From NCBI RefSeq assembly GCF_001194135.2, contig NC_068992.1:33030773-33094772 (forward strand): 64,000 bases of DNA, read 5' to 3'. The number at the start of each line of letters is the position of its first letter. The stretch's first letter is position 1. Of this stretch, positions 1 through 12,400 are shown in pieces. Origin of the DNA: Octopus bimaculoides (Eukaryota). Position numbers and translations under genes: made by a program. A model generated the notes under the pieces. That model made no database searches, was not told the DNA's origin, and worked only from the letters and a program-made list of their open reading frames with translations.

Positions 1-3000
1 AAGCCAAATATGAGGTAGATTTTCTATTCATTGTTAAAGTAGGGCCACTTTTGTATTTTATCTGATGGAGTCACTTAGTCACTATTGTTTATAACTTGAA
101 ACACTTCAGTGAAGCAAATCATAAGCATTTTTTCATATAATTGTTCACCTAGATCTCAGAATTGAAGTAAAACAATTTAAGTGTTTTGAAATAATCCTTA
201 AAGAGCTGGCAGTACTGTTGCCTATACATAAATCTGATGTGAATATTTCTTCCTGAATTTAAGCAAAAGAATTTCTGATAGACTTACTGACATAAGTACA
301 AAAGTATCTCTCCCTTGCTGGTTTTGTTTCCTCATAACTTTCTGAAAAATTAATATTTTTTTAATGAAATTCTTTTCAAATACTCTTCAGATTGAGTAAG
401 TTACAATTAAACTGGAATTTACTGTGAAAGAGTTTTTTTGTTGAGTGTAAGAAGAAAAGAAATGTTGACTGGTATTATCCCTGTTAACTTAGAAGTGCTA
501 GTACTGCAGCTCTGTGGAGAGTTAGCTGTAGCAGAAACATGAGACAAACTGAAACTACAGTTTCACAGCAAATGGAAAAATATATGCAAACATTGTAGCT
601 TCATCACATAACTGTGCATCATCAGCCATGGCATACCGAGCCACCTTCCATGCAAAGGGTTTTGACAGGAGATGGATCTTCTTACTAGTGGAATGTGTTT
701 GACAAAATGTGAAATAGTAGATGTGCCAGTGTGATGAAATAATATGGCCAGAGTGCAACGATTAGGCTGAAATAGATAACAGTGATGATAGATGAGTTCA
801 TTACTTCTTTTCAAGGAAAACTTACAGTGAAGCATATGACTGGAAAATAGCTCATTACTCCATCCTATTTTCCATGCAGAAAAAGTTCTGACCCCAACCA
901 GAATTTAAGCACCTTAAAAGGACTGTCTGTCCAGCAATAAATGTTATTGGTTAGTATGAACTTGCATTGCTGTGTTTTAAGCTTATATCCATCGTCTTAT
1001 GAAAATTCTCTTGTGATGTCTATACTGCTGTCTTCTTTGATTTCTGTGTTGTTCAATATAGTGATGTTGACATTGTCTATGACCTATCCAATTGAGTGAA
1101 ATGTTTCTCAACACATATATCTCAGGTGCTAATTGCTCAAAAGGCAAAATATACAAGAGGGTACCAATGACAGACTAGGTGTGTAATTCTAAAAGATTTC
1201 TGCAATTTAGTCTCATTGTTGAACAAATACCACTGTACATTGAATTCATCTAGTCTCTAACCAAAATATTTTGCATTGAGCACTGCTGCCAGTTAGTGAT
1301 GACAGACCTGTGAACAGATTTTGATTCGTCAAAATAGAACGCATTCCACCAAGGACAGGTATATTATCTATCTTCTCTATGCTGTAGTACATGTGGTAGA
1401 ATTGTCAAATAAAATCTGAAACTGTATGAGAAGAGTTAGAAGTAGGATATTTTCAGCTACCTCTTGTTTGTATTCTATCCCTGCGGTTCCGCAACTCTCC
1501 AAAACAAAAATAAAGAAAAAGAAATTGTGCTATTGTTGACGAACTGTAACATAAAGTATGTCCTTTTTATTTTTAAGCTCGTCGTGAAGAGCTATTAGAA
1601 GATCTCTTTAAAGAAAACTATCAGAACAGAAACAATGTTTTAACAAAGAGATAATAATAGCAAACAATAGCTTAAGAATAGAGTTCATCATGACTACTGC
1701 TCAGTCATTTCTTCTACATGGATCATAAAGGTTAGATTGTCTGAGCTAAAGCAGGCTCTCAGTTTCAAGGATGCAACAGCTGTTTGAAGGACTAAGGTAG
1801 CAGAGACATAAATCAGCAACATATTCACCATTAGTAATTTGATGTGCCATAATGGCTGTGTGCTTTTTGATTCCAGGAAGAAATGAGGAGTTTTTGAGCA
1901 GTACAACGAGCTTTAGTGTCTACCACAATGGTATACCATGATTCTAGACAGAAGAGTTGGTGCATGTAATGAAAAAACAATAAGGTTATGAAATACAGCA
2001 GAGTTGAGTGGTTGTGCGAGCGGCAAATAACATTTTTTTAATATTTGAATGGTCTGCTTACAGGATAGTCTAATCTAGTGGCAATAGGATTTCTGTGCAG
2101 GGTATGCTACACCTTGTTCCCAGTAACTCAGTTTCAGTTTTAAAATATATATCTAGGTTGAAATGGCAAATCAGAGACTTCTGATCTATGTAGCCAACCG
2201 TTGTGCACTCTGATAGCGAAAATATTGATGTTGATGACGATGACAGCCAGGAGGTGGAAGGGATATTTATGTTGATGTTGATCATGTTAGTAGCCTTTCT
2301 GTAGTTGTCGCACTGCCAAAAACGTTTCCTCAGTTATATATCTTTCAATAAATATATAAATGAAAACCATTTCCCAAAAGCATTTACACATGAAATACTA
2401 TCTTGTGGTCCCCACTTAAACAGTTATTCATGTCCATAACTAAAATTTATATATTTTTATTGTGTTTTATATTTGCATTTGAAGTTATGTCCATGTTGCA
2501 CTGAGGAGTCTAATATGAAATAACCATAAGGAATTGCTTGTTTTGCTTTAGCACACAGAAGCACTTAACAGTTTATCTGTATCGATAGGTAACTGTGGAA
2601 AGATATTTCGTTTGTGCAAAGATTAAATCGCACATTAACAAATATAAATGTGTTCAGAGAGAACACAGTGTACGTCAAGTGAGTAAAACACATTACTGAA
2701 CAAATAAATTGTAGCTTAGTAGCAAAGAAAAACTAAACAAAAGATGCTTACAAAAACAATTACATTGTATGTTGCAAGTTAAATCTTCTCCTAAAGAAAG
2801 AACATGTTTAGATCAGTTTTTTCCCTCCTGTAGTAAACAGAATTGGGTGTACTTGTATTTGTAAAGTGCTTTACAGCTCTAAATCTTTCAGAATTTGAAT
2901 CTTGCAATTCTTTTGATGATTAACAGTGTCAGGTTAATCTCTTGTGTGAAATTTCTTAAGCAACTTTTCAAACAGAAATGACTGATTTACAAGTTCAGAA

Positions 3001-4906
3001 ATGTCAGTTTATAGCAACAGAATATTTGATATAAACATTTACTGGGCTAAACATGGAGATTATATGAGAAGTTTTTGTAGTGAGAATGAAACAAAATCTC
3101 AATATTTTCCAATTAACGAATCATTTTTATCCATTAACTTCTGTTTCTTGTGCTGGCATGGAAGGAAAATTATCTTTCTTTTTCATTTGGGGCAATTGCT
3201 TTTACAGCTGCATATACATCTTATAAACTAAGCCATAGAATATCAAATAGGTTGTATTTCAAGAAATTTAAAACTAGCAGAGTTGCTTTTCCTTCCCATA
3301 TAGTAAATAAAAGAATTTGTTTGACCACATGGACATACTTTCTGAACTTCATACTTTCAACTATCCTATCCTTGCTCTTCATATGAACATCTTTGCAAAA
3401 ACTACCTTGAAACAAAAGCACCTGTTTGTTGAAATGCATGCTTACAACAAAATAATGAACGTTTGTAATTGTAAGAAGTCAAGCTGACAGGATCATAGCA
3501 AAAAAAATATAACACGTTTTTTTCTTGCAGTTGTCTACAACCTGTACATTCTAAGTTCAAATTCCTCCAAAGTCATATTTTGTCTGTCATCCCTCCAGAG
3601 TTGATAAAATAAAGAATTAATCAAGTACTAAGATTGATAGAATTGACTAATTTCATCCCTCTAAAACTGCTGGCTTTGAGCCAAAATTTGAAGCAATCTT
3701 TAATTATAAGTGGCTGAAGAATAGTTTTGAAAATGCTTTGTGATATTTGTTCCTCTTCTGTGTTGTGAATTTAACTCCTACTGATTCCAACTTTGCTTTC
3801 CATCTTTCTGGGATTGAAAAACTAAAGTACTAGTCCAAATATTAGAGTTTATTCAATTGTCTTCTCCTTCATAATTTGCAGTCTTGTCAGAAACAACTGT
3901 GTCTAATTATAGTAGGATTTATATAGTTTCAGCTGACCAGTGTATATACAATCTTCCTATATGCATAACAAATCTTCTTCTATTGATCTAGCAGTCTCAT
4001 TATGCTTGCTGAGGCAGTTAAATATAAGCAAAACATGGTAGAAGTTGTGAACATGCCTGCCAATAATCAGGCTATCTTCCCACTTACTACTTAAGATATT
4101 TCAAATTTTGATTAATTGATATTATGATGTTTCAATTCATAAAAAAATTTTAAATACTGTTTGATTTAAAACTCTCACCTTTGTTTGCATTTAATTTAGT
4201 TAAGCATTGCTCAACAACGTTTCTTTCCCATTGATAGAAATAGTTTCAGTTACTACGTTCAGCATTAACTGTGTTAGCACCAACTTTACTAGAGTATAAT
4301 GAGTTTAATGTCTTTGTCCACAGAGGGCACATAATGTACTTCCAACAAAATTGCCTTATGAATAAACTCAAGGACCTAGAATGATTTAAAATATTGTCAG
4401 AGACTAAACACCGTGGAAGTTTGAATATTTTGGTCTTTCCTACGTTAGATGTGTTACTGAAATACTGAAATAGATAACAGGAGAAAATAAAGCATGCTAC
4501 TGTGTTGGTTCAGCATAATATGATGAAGATAATCCAAGATAAAACTAACAGCCTTAGCACCCATCTTATGCTCAAGCAGAATTTACTAGTTTATCAATAA
4601 GTTTGAGACAGTAATTCTGGAATAACAAACATATTATCAATGTAAATATATCATAGTAGAAGTCTTATTATAGAATGATGCTCTTTCATTTCAGACTGTT
4701 TGTGCTTCATTAGAAACAAAAGAGTGTGAAAAAAAAAAATGATGAGAGCAAAAATAGAAAGAACAGAGGAGAAATGAAGAACAAAATAGTTCCAAGGGAT
4801 AAGAATTTTGTGAGTTATTTAATTTGCTGCAAAATTTAGTTCATAGGACAGCATATCAGCTAAACGTATTGGATTTTCATTCTACAGAAACTTTTCAATC
4901 TTATCA

Positions 4907-6046
4907 TTTTATTCAAGATATCTCTTCCTTGAGACTAGCATCAAATCCCCTATATTTTGTGAATGGAAGACTTTTAGGTCAGTGGTGTATTAAAATCAAT
5001 CTAAACTTATTTTAATAGCTGCATAATATGTTCAATAGGACGGTCTGTTCTTTCTTAGTTTCTTTCTTCTCTTCCTCTTGATTTGATACAGGACAAACAT
5101 TCCAAATACTAAAATTTCATCATTCATTCCAGCATGAAACAAATATTATAACATCGCATTTGGTTGTGTATACTGTTCTTCAAATACATCATTTCTCATA
5201 ATAAAAATATTTTAGTAAGCTCATCAGACATTCACTGAATATTTTGTATGCCACTATGGATTCACATTCAACACTTAAACTACCATTTCTGGCATCCCTG
5301 TACAAATTGAGTGAGCTTGAAATAATAGCTAAGACCCCCATAAATTGTAGCTTAAAAAAGATGAGATAGTCATGGTTGGAATACTTTTAATCATAAGATG
5401 TTTAATATCGAAGTAAATTACAACTTTCTGCTTGTTGCTAAAGATTGAATTATTTTATCTGACCCTGTTTTATTTTTGTTTCATCTTAGCTTTTCACACT
5501 CAACTCATCACTTTACTTAAACCACACTCTAAAAATAAAATGGTTTCATCTATGCATTGATTTTGATAAACAAAAGCTTTTTTACTTTTATGAGAAATAA
5601 TTATTTTATCCCTCTCATTTCTATGCATTATCTAAATGAAAATATTTGAAGGAAACGGTAATATCATATGATAACCATATAAGACAAGTTATCTTCTGCA
5701 ATGACGTATACATACATATACATATACTTGTATGTACACACACACACACTTTTTGAAATTAACATGAATTATTGAAGTAAAGTAATTTGAAGAAGGAAAT
5801 AATGAATCGTCTGGAGCCATTATCTGCAGTAAGATATCAAACTGATTCAATGCAGTATATCAAGTTTTGTATAAATAGCAGAATAATCATTGTGTTCATA
5901 TCACTTCAAGATTCCTATTGAACGTATCATGCAGCTTTTGAAATAAGTTTAGATTAATCTTAATACACCACTGAACTAAAAGTCTTCTATTCACAAAGTG
6001 TTGGGGATTTGATGCTATTCTCAAGGAAGAGATATCATGAATAAAA
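4907..6046. repeat. 134-bp inverted repeat pair (4907-5040 / 5913-6046) around an ~870-bp spacer; possible old MITE
   Basis: The reverse complement of 4907-5040 aligns without gaps to 5913-6046 with about 13 mismatches (~90%, counted by eye). Confidence 0.85.
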
Positions 6047-6540
6047 CCCCACCATAGATACTACAGGAAGGAATGCGCCGATAAAGGAAACTTCTATGCA
6101 GTTACTTGATAGCTAGAAAACAAATTACATGCAATTTATATTCTACTCTTTTAATTAGAATATTGTGTAATGTAATCCCTGATAGACAAGAAAACAAACA
6201 AATGAAAACAATGGAATGGGCATGGTTGGAATGTCTTTTATTATAGTTGTGCTTAATCAGAGTTAGCCAACATCACCAACATTATTAGCAAAAGAAATTT
6301 TTCAATTACTACCTATTGCTCCTTCGAAATAGTAACAATTCATTTCCTGTTTCACTTTTTAGATATTACTGTGTTCATTTTGAATTGATAGGGTTATAAC
6401 ATGTCAAGATGAATTGAATACACCATAGGTAGGTTTATATCAACCCTTGAATAAATGAAGCATAAACTGACTTCAGTAGAATTTGATTTTGATATTTGTT
6501 AAGCACTTGTAAGAAACATTAAAGATCACTGGTGAAAAAG

Positions 6541-6706
6541 GGTCCCTGCCAGTCCTATCTATGGAGGAGGTCACTGCAAGTTCAATCTGTGGAAAAGGCC
6601 ACTGCCTGACCTCTCTGTGGAAAAGGTCACTACCAGTCCTAACTGTGGAGAAGGTTACTGCAAGTTCTATCAGTGGAAAGGTCACTTCCTGTCCTAACTG
6701 TGAAAA
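6541..6706. repeat. Minisatellite, six 27-28-bp units (GGTCACTGC...CTGTGGAAAA)
   Basis: Units start at 6541, 6569, 6597, 6625, 6653 and 6680. The ORFs at 6561-6785(+) and 6473-6685(-) simply run through this repeat. Confidence 0.9.
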
Positions 6707-7819
6707 GGCTTTAATAGATTTTTTTTATAAAACAACTGCAATATTACAAAGTATTTATTCATTAAAAATAATCAATATCTCATAATGAAATTATTTCATA
6801 TTTCACCAAAGTTTCAGTAAAATATTCTATATATTTTCAGATCCTCTTTAATTATTATCTTGCTAGCTTTGTCATCCATGTCTGTTATATCACCAAAATA
6901 CTGTTATTATATTCCTATTCTCCTCTATTGTGGAATTCTTAAGATTTTGTAATTTCAAGAAAATGGTAAATATAATATTCAAGACCTTGTGACCTGAAAA
7001 TTGATATTCTCGATGTAATCAAATGAAATTTTCTCATAGAATTGGCTTTCATCAGTGAAAGCATGCTTTTCACTCTCTCTATGTGTCTGTTTCTTATCAC
7101 TATTTTCTCTTTCATCAACGTGTGTGTGTGTGTGTGTGTGTTCTTCATATTAATAGAATATGGCTGCATCAATAGAAAAACATTTATTGGAAATTTTGTT
7201 TCACTCAAAATCTGTAATTATATTCTTCGTCTGTACATACATACATGTAAATGTGTGTGTGTGTGTGTGTGTGCGTGTGCATGTCCTCATCCTTCCATGT
7301 AAGCAATGTATAATATTTCACACTTTTCATATGCTATCACATAGTTAATTCTGTTTTGACACACTTCTGTTTCTTATAAATCATAATTAGACCAATTTTT
7401 GGCCATTAGCATTTATATCTTTAGCTGTCATTAAAACACACATTAATCATCAATATTAGTAAGAGTTACTTACATATCCAATAAGATTCCTATTAGCAAT
7501 ATATTTGATGGAAATAAAGTGAAGAATTTGTGAAATCAAATTGCAGATCCAGATCATTAAAACATGCTGAGAGGTAATTTAGACAGATTTTGTTTTTACA
7601 GTCTTTCTTAAATTATAATTTATAGATCTATTTATAAAACATTTGTAACATAAGGAGGCTATAATGCATGGGGATATATGATCCACTAGGTGATAATCTG
7701 GTCGAGCCAAACTCATCTTCAGATATAGTTGGCTGCAGGATTCAGACAGGCTTTAACTTTAATCCTGCTCAGAGCCAACAAACTTTTTTCTCATCTAGTA
7801 TACTGAATCACTATTTATC

Positions 7820-8046
7820 ATGGCCGTTGCCAGTACCGCCTGACTGGCCTTCATGCCTGTGGCACGTAAAAGCACCCACTACACTCTCAGAGTGGTTGGT
7901 GTTAGAAAGGGCATCCAGCTGTAGAAACTCTGTCAAATCAGATTGGAGCCTGCTGTAGCCACCTGGTTCCCCAGTACTCAGTCAAATCATCCAACCCATG
8001 CTAGCACGGAAAGTGGACGTTAAACGATGATGATGATGATGATGAT
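7820..8046 (+). mobile_element. SINE-like repeat, (GAT)n-tailed family
   Basis: GGCACGTAAAAGCACCCACTACACTCTC...AGGGCATCCAGCTGTAGAAACT...CCCATGCTAGC...GGACGTTAAACGATGATGAT; near-identical segments occur elsewhere in the window. Confidence 0.85.
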
Positions 8047-8189
8047 CCAGTCACAAGAAATTTATGTGTTAAGGTCATCCCTATAGATATTCTCTAGAAA
8101 TTATAACCAGCATTGATTTTGTTACAACCGTTCATATCTCAGATGTCAAATGTAAACAAACAATGAGGTTGAAGATGAAAAAGTGGATA

Positions 8190-8241
8190 ATGGGTATATA
8201 TGCTATATTTCAGGGGTTTTTGCTCTTTCATCAGCCTCCAT
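8190..8241 (-). ncRNA. Hammerhead-ribozyme-like motif (type I, decayed stem II)
   Basis: Minus strand reads ATGGAGG CTGATGA AAGAG-CAAAAA-CCCCT GAAA TATA-GCA-TAT ATA CCCAT: canonical core, 5-bp stem III, AUA triplet. Confidence 0.4.
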
Positions 8242-8494
8242 CTAACCTATTAATCATCCACGAACTCATTGCATAAATAACCACTGCATAAAAATATTTA
8301 ATATACTTTCTAGCATATTATGGTGCATAACAAAGTACTATGAGACTACAAGTCATTAATATTTACATACTGGGTTCCAGGAATGTGTTTAATTTGTAAA
8401 TTGATGTGTGTGTGTGTGTTTGTGTGTTTATGTGTATGTGTGTTTGTGTGTGTCTTCCAAAAATTCTCATTGCTTTTGCAACCTTGTCAATGTA

Positions 8495-8645
8495 TGTCAA
8501 TTCTGTCCATAGACTTCAAATCCATTCACAAGGTCAACCCAAAGCTATAGTAGAAGGCACTTGCTCAAGGTGCCATACAGTGGGACTGAACCCAGAACCA
8601 GGTGATTGGGAAGTGGGATTCTTACAACACAGTTATACCTGTGCC
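8495..8645 (-). mobile_element. tRNA-derived SINE 5' fragment
   Basis: Reverse complement reads ...GGTTCTGGGTTCAGTCCCACTGTATGGCACCTTGAGCAAGTGCCTTCTACTATAGC, the same head as the copies at 19140 and 39228. Confidence 0.75.
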
Positions 8646-8789
8646 ATTAATTTAATAAATTCATAAGAATGAAAGTCAAATTCAACCCTAGTTCTATTTG
8701 AATGTAGAATGTAAAGGAATATAATTAAATAACACAAGGCATTTCAACTGTTGTCCTAATGCTTCTATCAATGCATCACCCTTCCTTAT

Positions 8790-10410
8790 CTTTCTTTCTT
8801 GCCTTTAACCCTCCACCGCGGAGTATAGGCCACTTATAATTGAATTCCATGTCGCATAATTTTTCGCTTTTGTACTTATATTCTGCCGTGAATGTCCTCC
8901 TTTCTCTAGTTCCTTTTGTGTTGATTTATGCCACGAGTTCTTAGGTCGACACCTCTTTCTATATCCATCTGGATTCCACTGTAAAGCACTTTTTGCTGCA
9001 TTTGGTGTGTCCTTTCTAACTGTGCTACCAATCCACTTCCACTTTTTCTTAAATATTTGCTCCCTAATCGAAACTTGATTCGTTCTTTGCCATAGCTCCA
9101 TATTGCTTATGTGTTCGGGCCATCTAATTTTAAGTATACTACGCAAGCACCTGTTGATGAATGATTGTATTTGCTTTTTTTACTTAACTGTTGTTTGCCA
9201 TGTCTCAGCCCCATACAATAACACCGTTTTTACGTTAGTGTTAAAAATTCTTATTTTGTTTTTTATTGAAATTACACTTGCGCTCCATACTTNNNNNNNN
9301 NNNNNNNNNNNNNNNNNNNNNNNNNNNNNNNNNNNNNNNNNNNNNNNNNNNNNNNNNNNNNNNNNNNNNNNNNNNNNNNNNNNNNNNNNNNNNNNNNNNN
9401 NNNNNNNNNNNNNNNNNNNNNNNNNNNNNNNNNNNNNNNNNNNNNNNNNNNNNNNNNNNNNNNNNNNNNNNNNNNNNNNNNNNNNNNNNNNNNNNNNNNN
9501 NNNNNNNNNNNNNNNNNNNNNNNNNNNNNNNNNNNNNNNNNNNNNNNNNNNNNNNNNNNNNNNNNNNNNNNNNNNNNNNNNNNNNNNNNNNNNNNNNNNN
9601 NNNNNNNNNNNNNNNNNNNNNNNNNNNNNNNNNNNNNNNNNNNNNNNNNNNNNNNNNNNNNNNNNNNNNNNNNNNNNNNNNNNNNNNNNNNNNNNNNNNN
9701 NNNNNNNNNNNNNNNNNNNNNNNNNNNNNNNNNNNNNNNNNNNNNNNNNNNNNNNNNNNNNNNNNNNNNNNNNNNNNNNNNNNNNNNNNNNNNNNTATCA
9801 AATGCTTTTTCGAAATCAATAAAATTAATATAAAGCGGTGCATTCCAGTCTGCGCTTTGCTCTAAGATGATACGAAGAGTGGCAATTTGATCTACACATG
9901 AACGGTTCTTCCTAATTCCGGCTTGTTCTTTACATAGCAATTTATCGACTGCTGTCCTCATCTGCTCCAAAAGTATCCTGTTAAAAACTTTTCCGGGAGT
10001 CGATAATAACATAATCCCTCTATAATTTCCACAAATGCTTAAATCACCTTTTTTTTTTTGGCAATTTTACGATGAGTCCCTCTTTCCAATCATTAGGCAC
10101 ATTTTCTTCCTGCCATATCTTAGAAAATAATGGATGAAACATTTCCACCTCTATTTCTATAGCGGATTTCATTGCTTCAGCTGGAATATTGTCTACACTT
10201 CCCGCTTTCCCATTCTTGAGGGATTGTATAGCCTTTCTTGTTTCAAACTTGGATGGTGGGTCAAGGCTGATGTTAAGATCCAAATTTCTTGGCATAGTGT
10301 TGGCTATTGTGTCTGGAGGTAGTCTATTGAGCAAATCGTCAAAATGCTCCTTCCATCGATTTTTTTGTTCTAGAATATTATAAATACACATTAGTACAGG
10401 CTGCCTACCA
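8790..10410 (-). mobile_element. RTE-clade LINE, 5'-truncated and degraded (RT region and C-terminus)
   Basis: RWKEHFDDLLN, WKEGLIVKLPKK, LLSTPGKVFNRILL, EQAGIRKNRSCVDQIATLRIILEQ, FIDFEKAFD, LLYGAETW, RSILKIRWP, WKWIG, ALQWNPDGYRKRCRPKNSW; short (AAGA)-like tail; internal N gap. Confidence 0.93.
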
Positions 10411-11311
10411 CACCTTTCCATGAACCTAAAAACAAGTTTCTTAAATGTACTTTCTGACTCAGGGTTATTTGATTCATATATTTCAAATATTTACTTTCAA
10501 TAACTTCATATAGCTAAGCTCTGAGTGTAAATTCTACTAAGTTTACTATAGTTTTACAGAGAAAAATAACAATAATAGTTAACCAAAGGAGCCTTTATGT
10601 AATTGTCTGCTCTGCTAGAAAGGGCTGTCAATTAATCTTAAATCATACTCAACCATTTTGAATATAGTAAAGTTCATTGGAACAGTGTAGTCTCCAATAT
10701 ACACAAGGATGATGATTCATAGGTCTGAATTTAAACAACAAAATGTAACAATACTCTTTTGTTGTATAGCCTAAATTTTTTAGTGTATAAGATAGTGAGA
10801 TGTCAAAGCTAGCAACTGTAAAGGAAACAGAACAGCTTTCTTCATGACCCAACATAGAAACCTCTACATTGTCTCAAACTGGTAGAAATAGTAGCCAAGT
10901 TACCTAGAAATCACACTCTACAATCTTAAAAAATTGATATAGGCTTTCAACGAGCCCTACAACTCAACATCCATGAACTCAGACACCCCAAACTAAAGAA
11001 AGATTTATAACCAAAAGCCCTACCATAAATAGCCACACACTACCTCCTCAATGAGGCCTTTGACACCATCCTCCAGAACATCTCATTACTAAGAAGGGAC
11101 CTTAGAATGGATCAAATCCTCCAAATACACACCATTATAAAGAGTAAAAGACAACCTAAGTCAATGAAAAGTCTTCTAACACAGGCCAAAGAAGACTCAT
11201 CAACAACATCAAAACCAATAGTAAAAAAAATGCTGAAGACCTAACTGTGGTATATGTATTGACCTAATTGAGGGATCAGAATTCTCTTTCAAACAGGGTC
11301 AACATTTCACA

Positions 11312-11650
11312 GTGAAAAACATCTTCACACATGCTTCAGAAAACCTAATATATGTATTAACTTGCTCAGGGTGTCAAGGACAATATATTGGTCAAACTAA
11401 AATCAGTTTACATCAGATGATAACATTACACAGACCCCAAATTAAAATACAAGAATACAGAAAATTAGGATTAAGCAAGCACATCGATATTTGTGCCACT
11501 AATGAACAACCCAACTTCAGAACTTTTCCCCTCTATAAATTCAGGGACAATGCAACTTATAGTCAGTGCATCAGCAAAGAAACATTCATCACAAAGTATA
11601 AACCTCTTTTGAATTCTGCCACCACAGATGGAACTACAACAAAAATTTAG
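11312..11650 (+). pseudogene. PLE GIY-YIG endonuclease domain (fragment)
   Basis: LIYVLTCxxCxxQYIGQT motif followed by R-x3-H-like LHR, SKH and a terminal KPLLN. Confidence 0.85.
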
Positions 11651-11985
11651 AACATTCCCATCACTACTGCTACAACCACAATAGGTCACTTTTAGATTAT
11701 TTGACCGTTTAAAGACAATTCCACGAACAATTTACTGTGGCACAGCACTTCTTCTTCCTATTCTCCTCCCTCAGCTGCTCCTGCTCAAACCATGAACTAT
11801 CTGTACTTTTATTATTCCTTCAAATTTACTACTAACTACCTACCAGGCAGTCACGAAGGAATTGTGAGAGACACAGGCTGCCTGAAAACTATGGAAATAT
11901 TTACCTATTCCGAGACTATGAAAATATCTACAAAACATTTCACTTAATCTTTTTCTGCAATTTAATTGTTCTTCTTATTTTACTC

Positions 11986-12024
11986 TTAGTTGAAAAAGTC
12001 TAAAATGACAGAAACTGGTACTAA
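11986..12024 (+). ncRNA. Minimal hammerhead-like motif, U3-A8 variant (PLE family B, copy 1)
   Basis: TTAG TTGAAAA A-GTC-TAAAAT-GAC-A GAAA CTG GTA CTAA: 4-bp stem I, GTC/GAC stem II, GUA triplet. Confidence 0.6.
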
Positions 12025-12175
12025 AATGTACTTCATGATAAAATTATTTTGGCATTTTCTACCTTATCTTAATTTCCTTATATATATCAACCTGTGTGTT
12101 ACTTCTCTACCTTCTACATATATATGTGTGTGTGTGTATAAAACTATATATATATATACATAGATGTCTGTGGGT

Positions 12176-12400
12176 GTGTGTATCATCATCATCATTGTTT
12201 AATGTCCATTTTCCATGCTTGTATGGGTTGAGCTGTTTAACATGAGTTGACCAGACTCTAAGTATCTGTTGTGGCATGGTTTCTACATGGTTTCTACAGA
12301 GTTTGCTAGGTGCTCTGTACATGCCACTGGCACAGGTGCATTTAAGCAGTACTGGCATGAGCGTATTTTATGTGGCACCGAAATCTGTAAAGGATAAGCC
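12176..12400 (-). mobile_element. Diverged (GAT)n-tailed SINE-like repeat
   Basis: ATCATCATCATC...TTTAATGTCCATTTTCCATGCTTGTATGGGTTG is the reverse complement of the family 3' end. Confidence 0.7.

Larger units (their letters stand above)
10860..12085 (+). mobile_element. Penelope-like element (family B), 5'-truncated: thumb remnant, GIY-YIG endonuclease and 3' terminal region
   Basis: ORF 11312-11650 contains NLIYVLTCSGCQGQYIGQT, a PLE-type GIY-YIG with CxxC. Upstream IKSKRQPKSMKSLLTQA. Both the coding part and the 3' end match the minus-strand copy at 59835-61090. Confidence 0.92.

Noticed and set aside
770-850. ITVMIDEFITSFQGKLTVKHM matches the spacing of the piggyBac catalytic DE-x4-F-x-G-[RK] motif
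   Set aside because: Bounded by stops, with no following KPxKxG or other piggyBac motifs; a single short motif is not enough.
1500-2330. Protein-like fragments (ARREELLEDLFKE; acidic SDSENIDVDDDDSQEVE) suggesting a gene or DNA-transposon fossil
   Set aside because: No consistent frame or strand, and no family motif I can name.
2495-2532. CTGAGGA-GTCTAATAT-GAAA hammerhead-like core
   Set aside because: No stem I can be formed around the candidate cleavage triplet.
6541-6706. CRISPR-like appearance of the 28-bp repeats
   Set aside because: Units are contiguous with no unique spacers, in eukaryotic context with no cas genes.
7690-7730. Minus-strand CTGAAGA-TGAG-TTTGG-CTC-GACC motif
   Set aside because: GAAA and stem I are absent; at best a very decayed relic.
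9103-9865. Long ORFs in the ORF track spanning N runs (also 25037-25923, 34392-34801, 49040-50071, 61060-62109)
   Set aside because: Length comes from X translation of assembly gaps; only the flanking TE-derived parts are meaningful.
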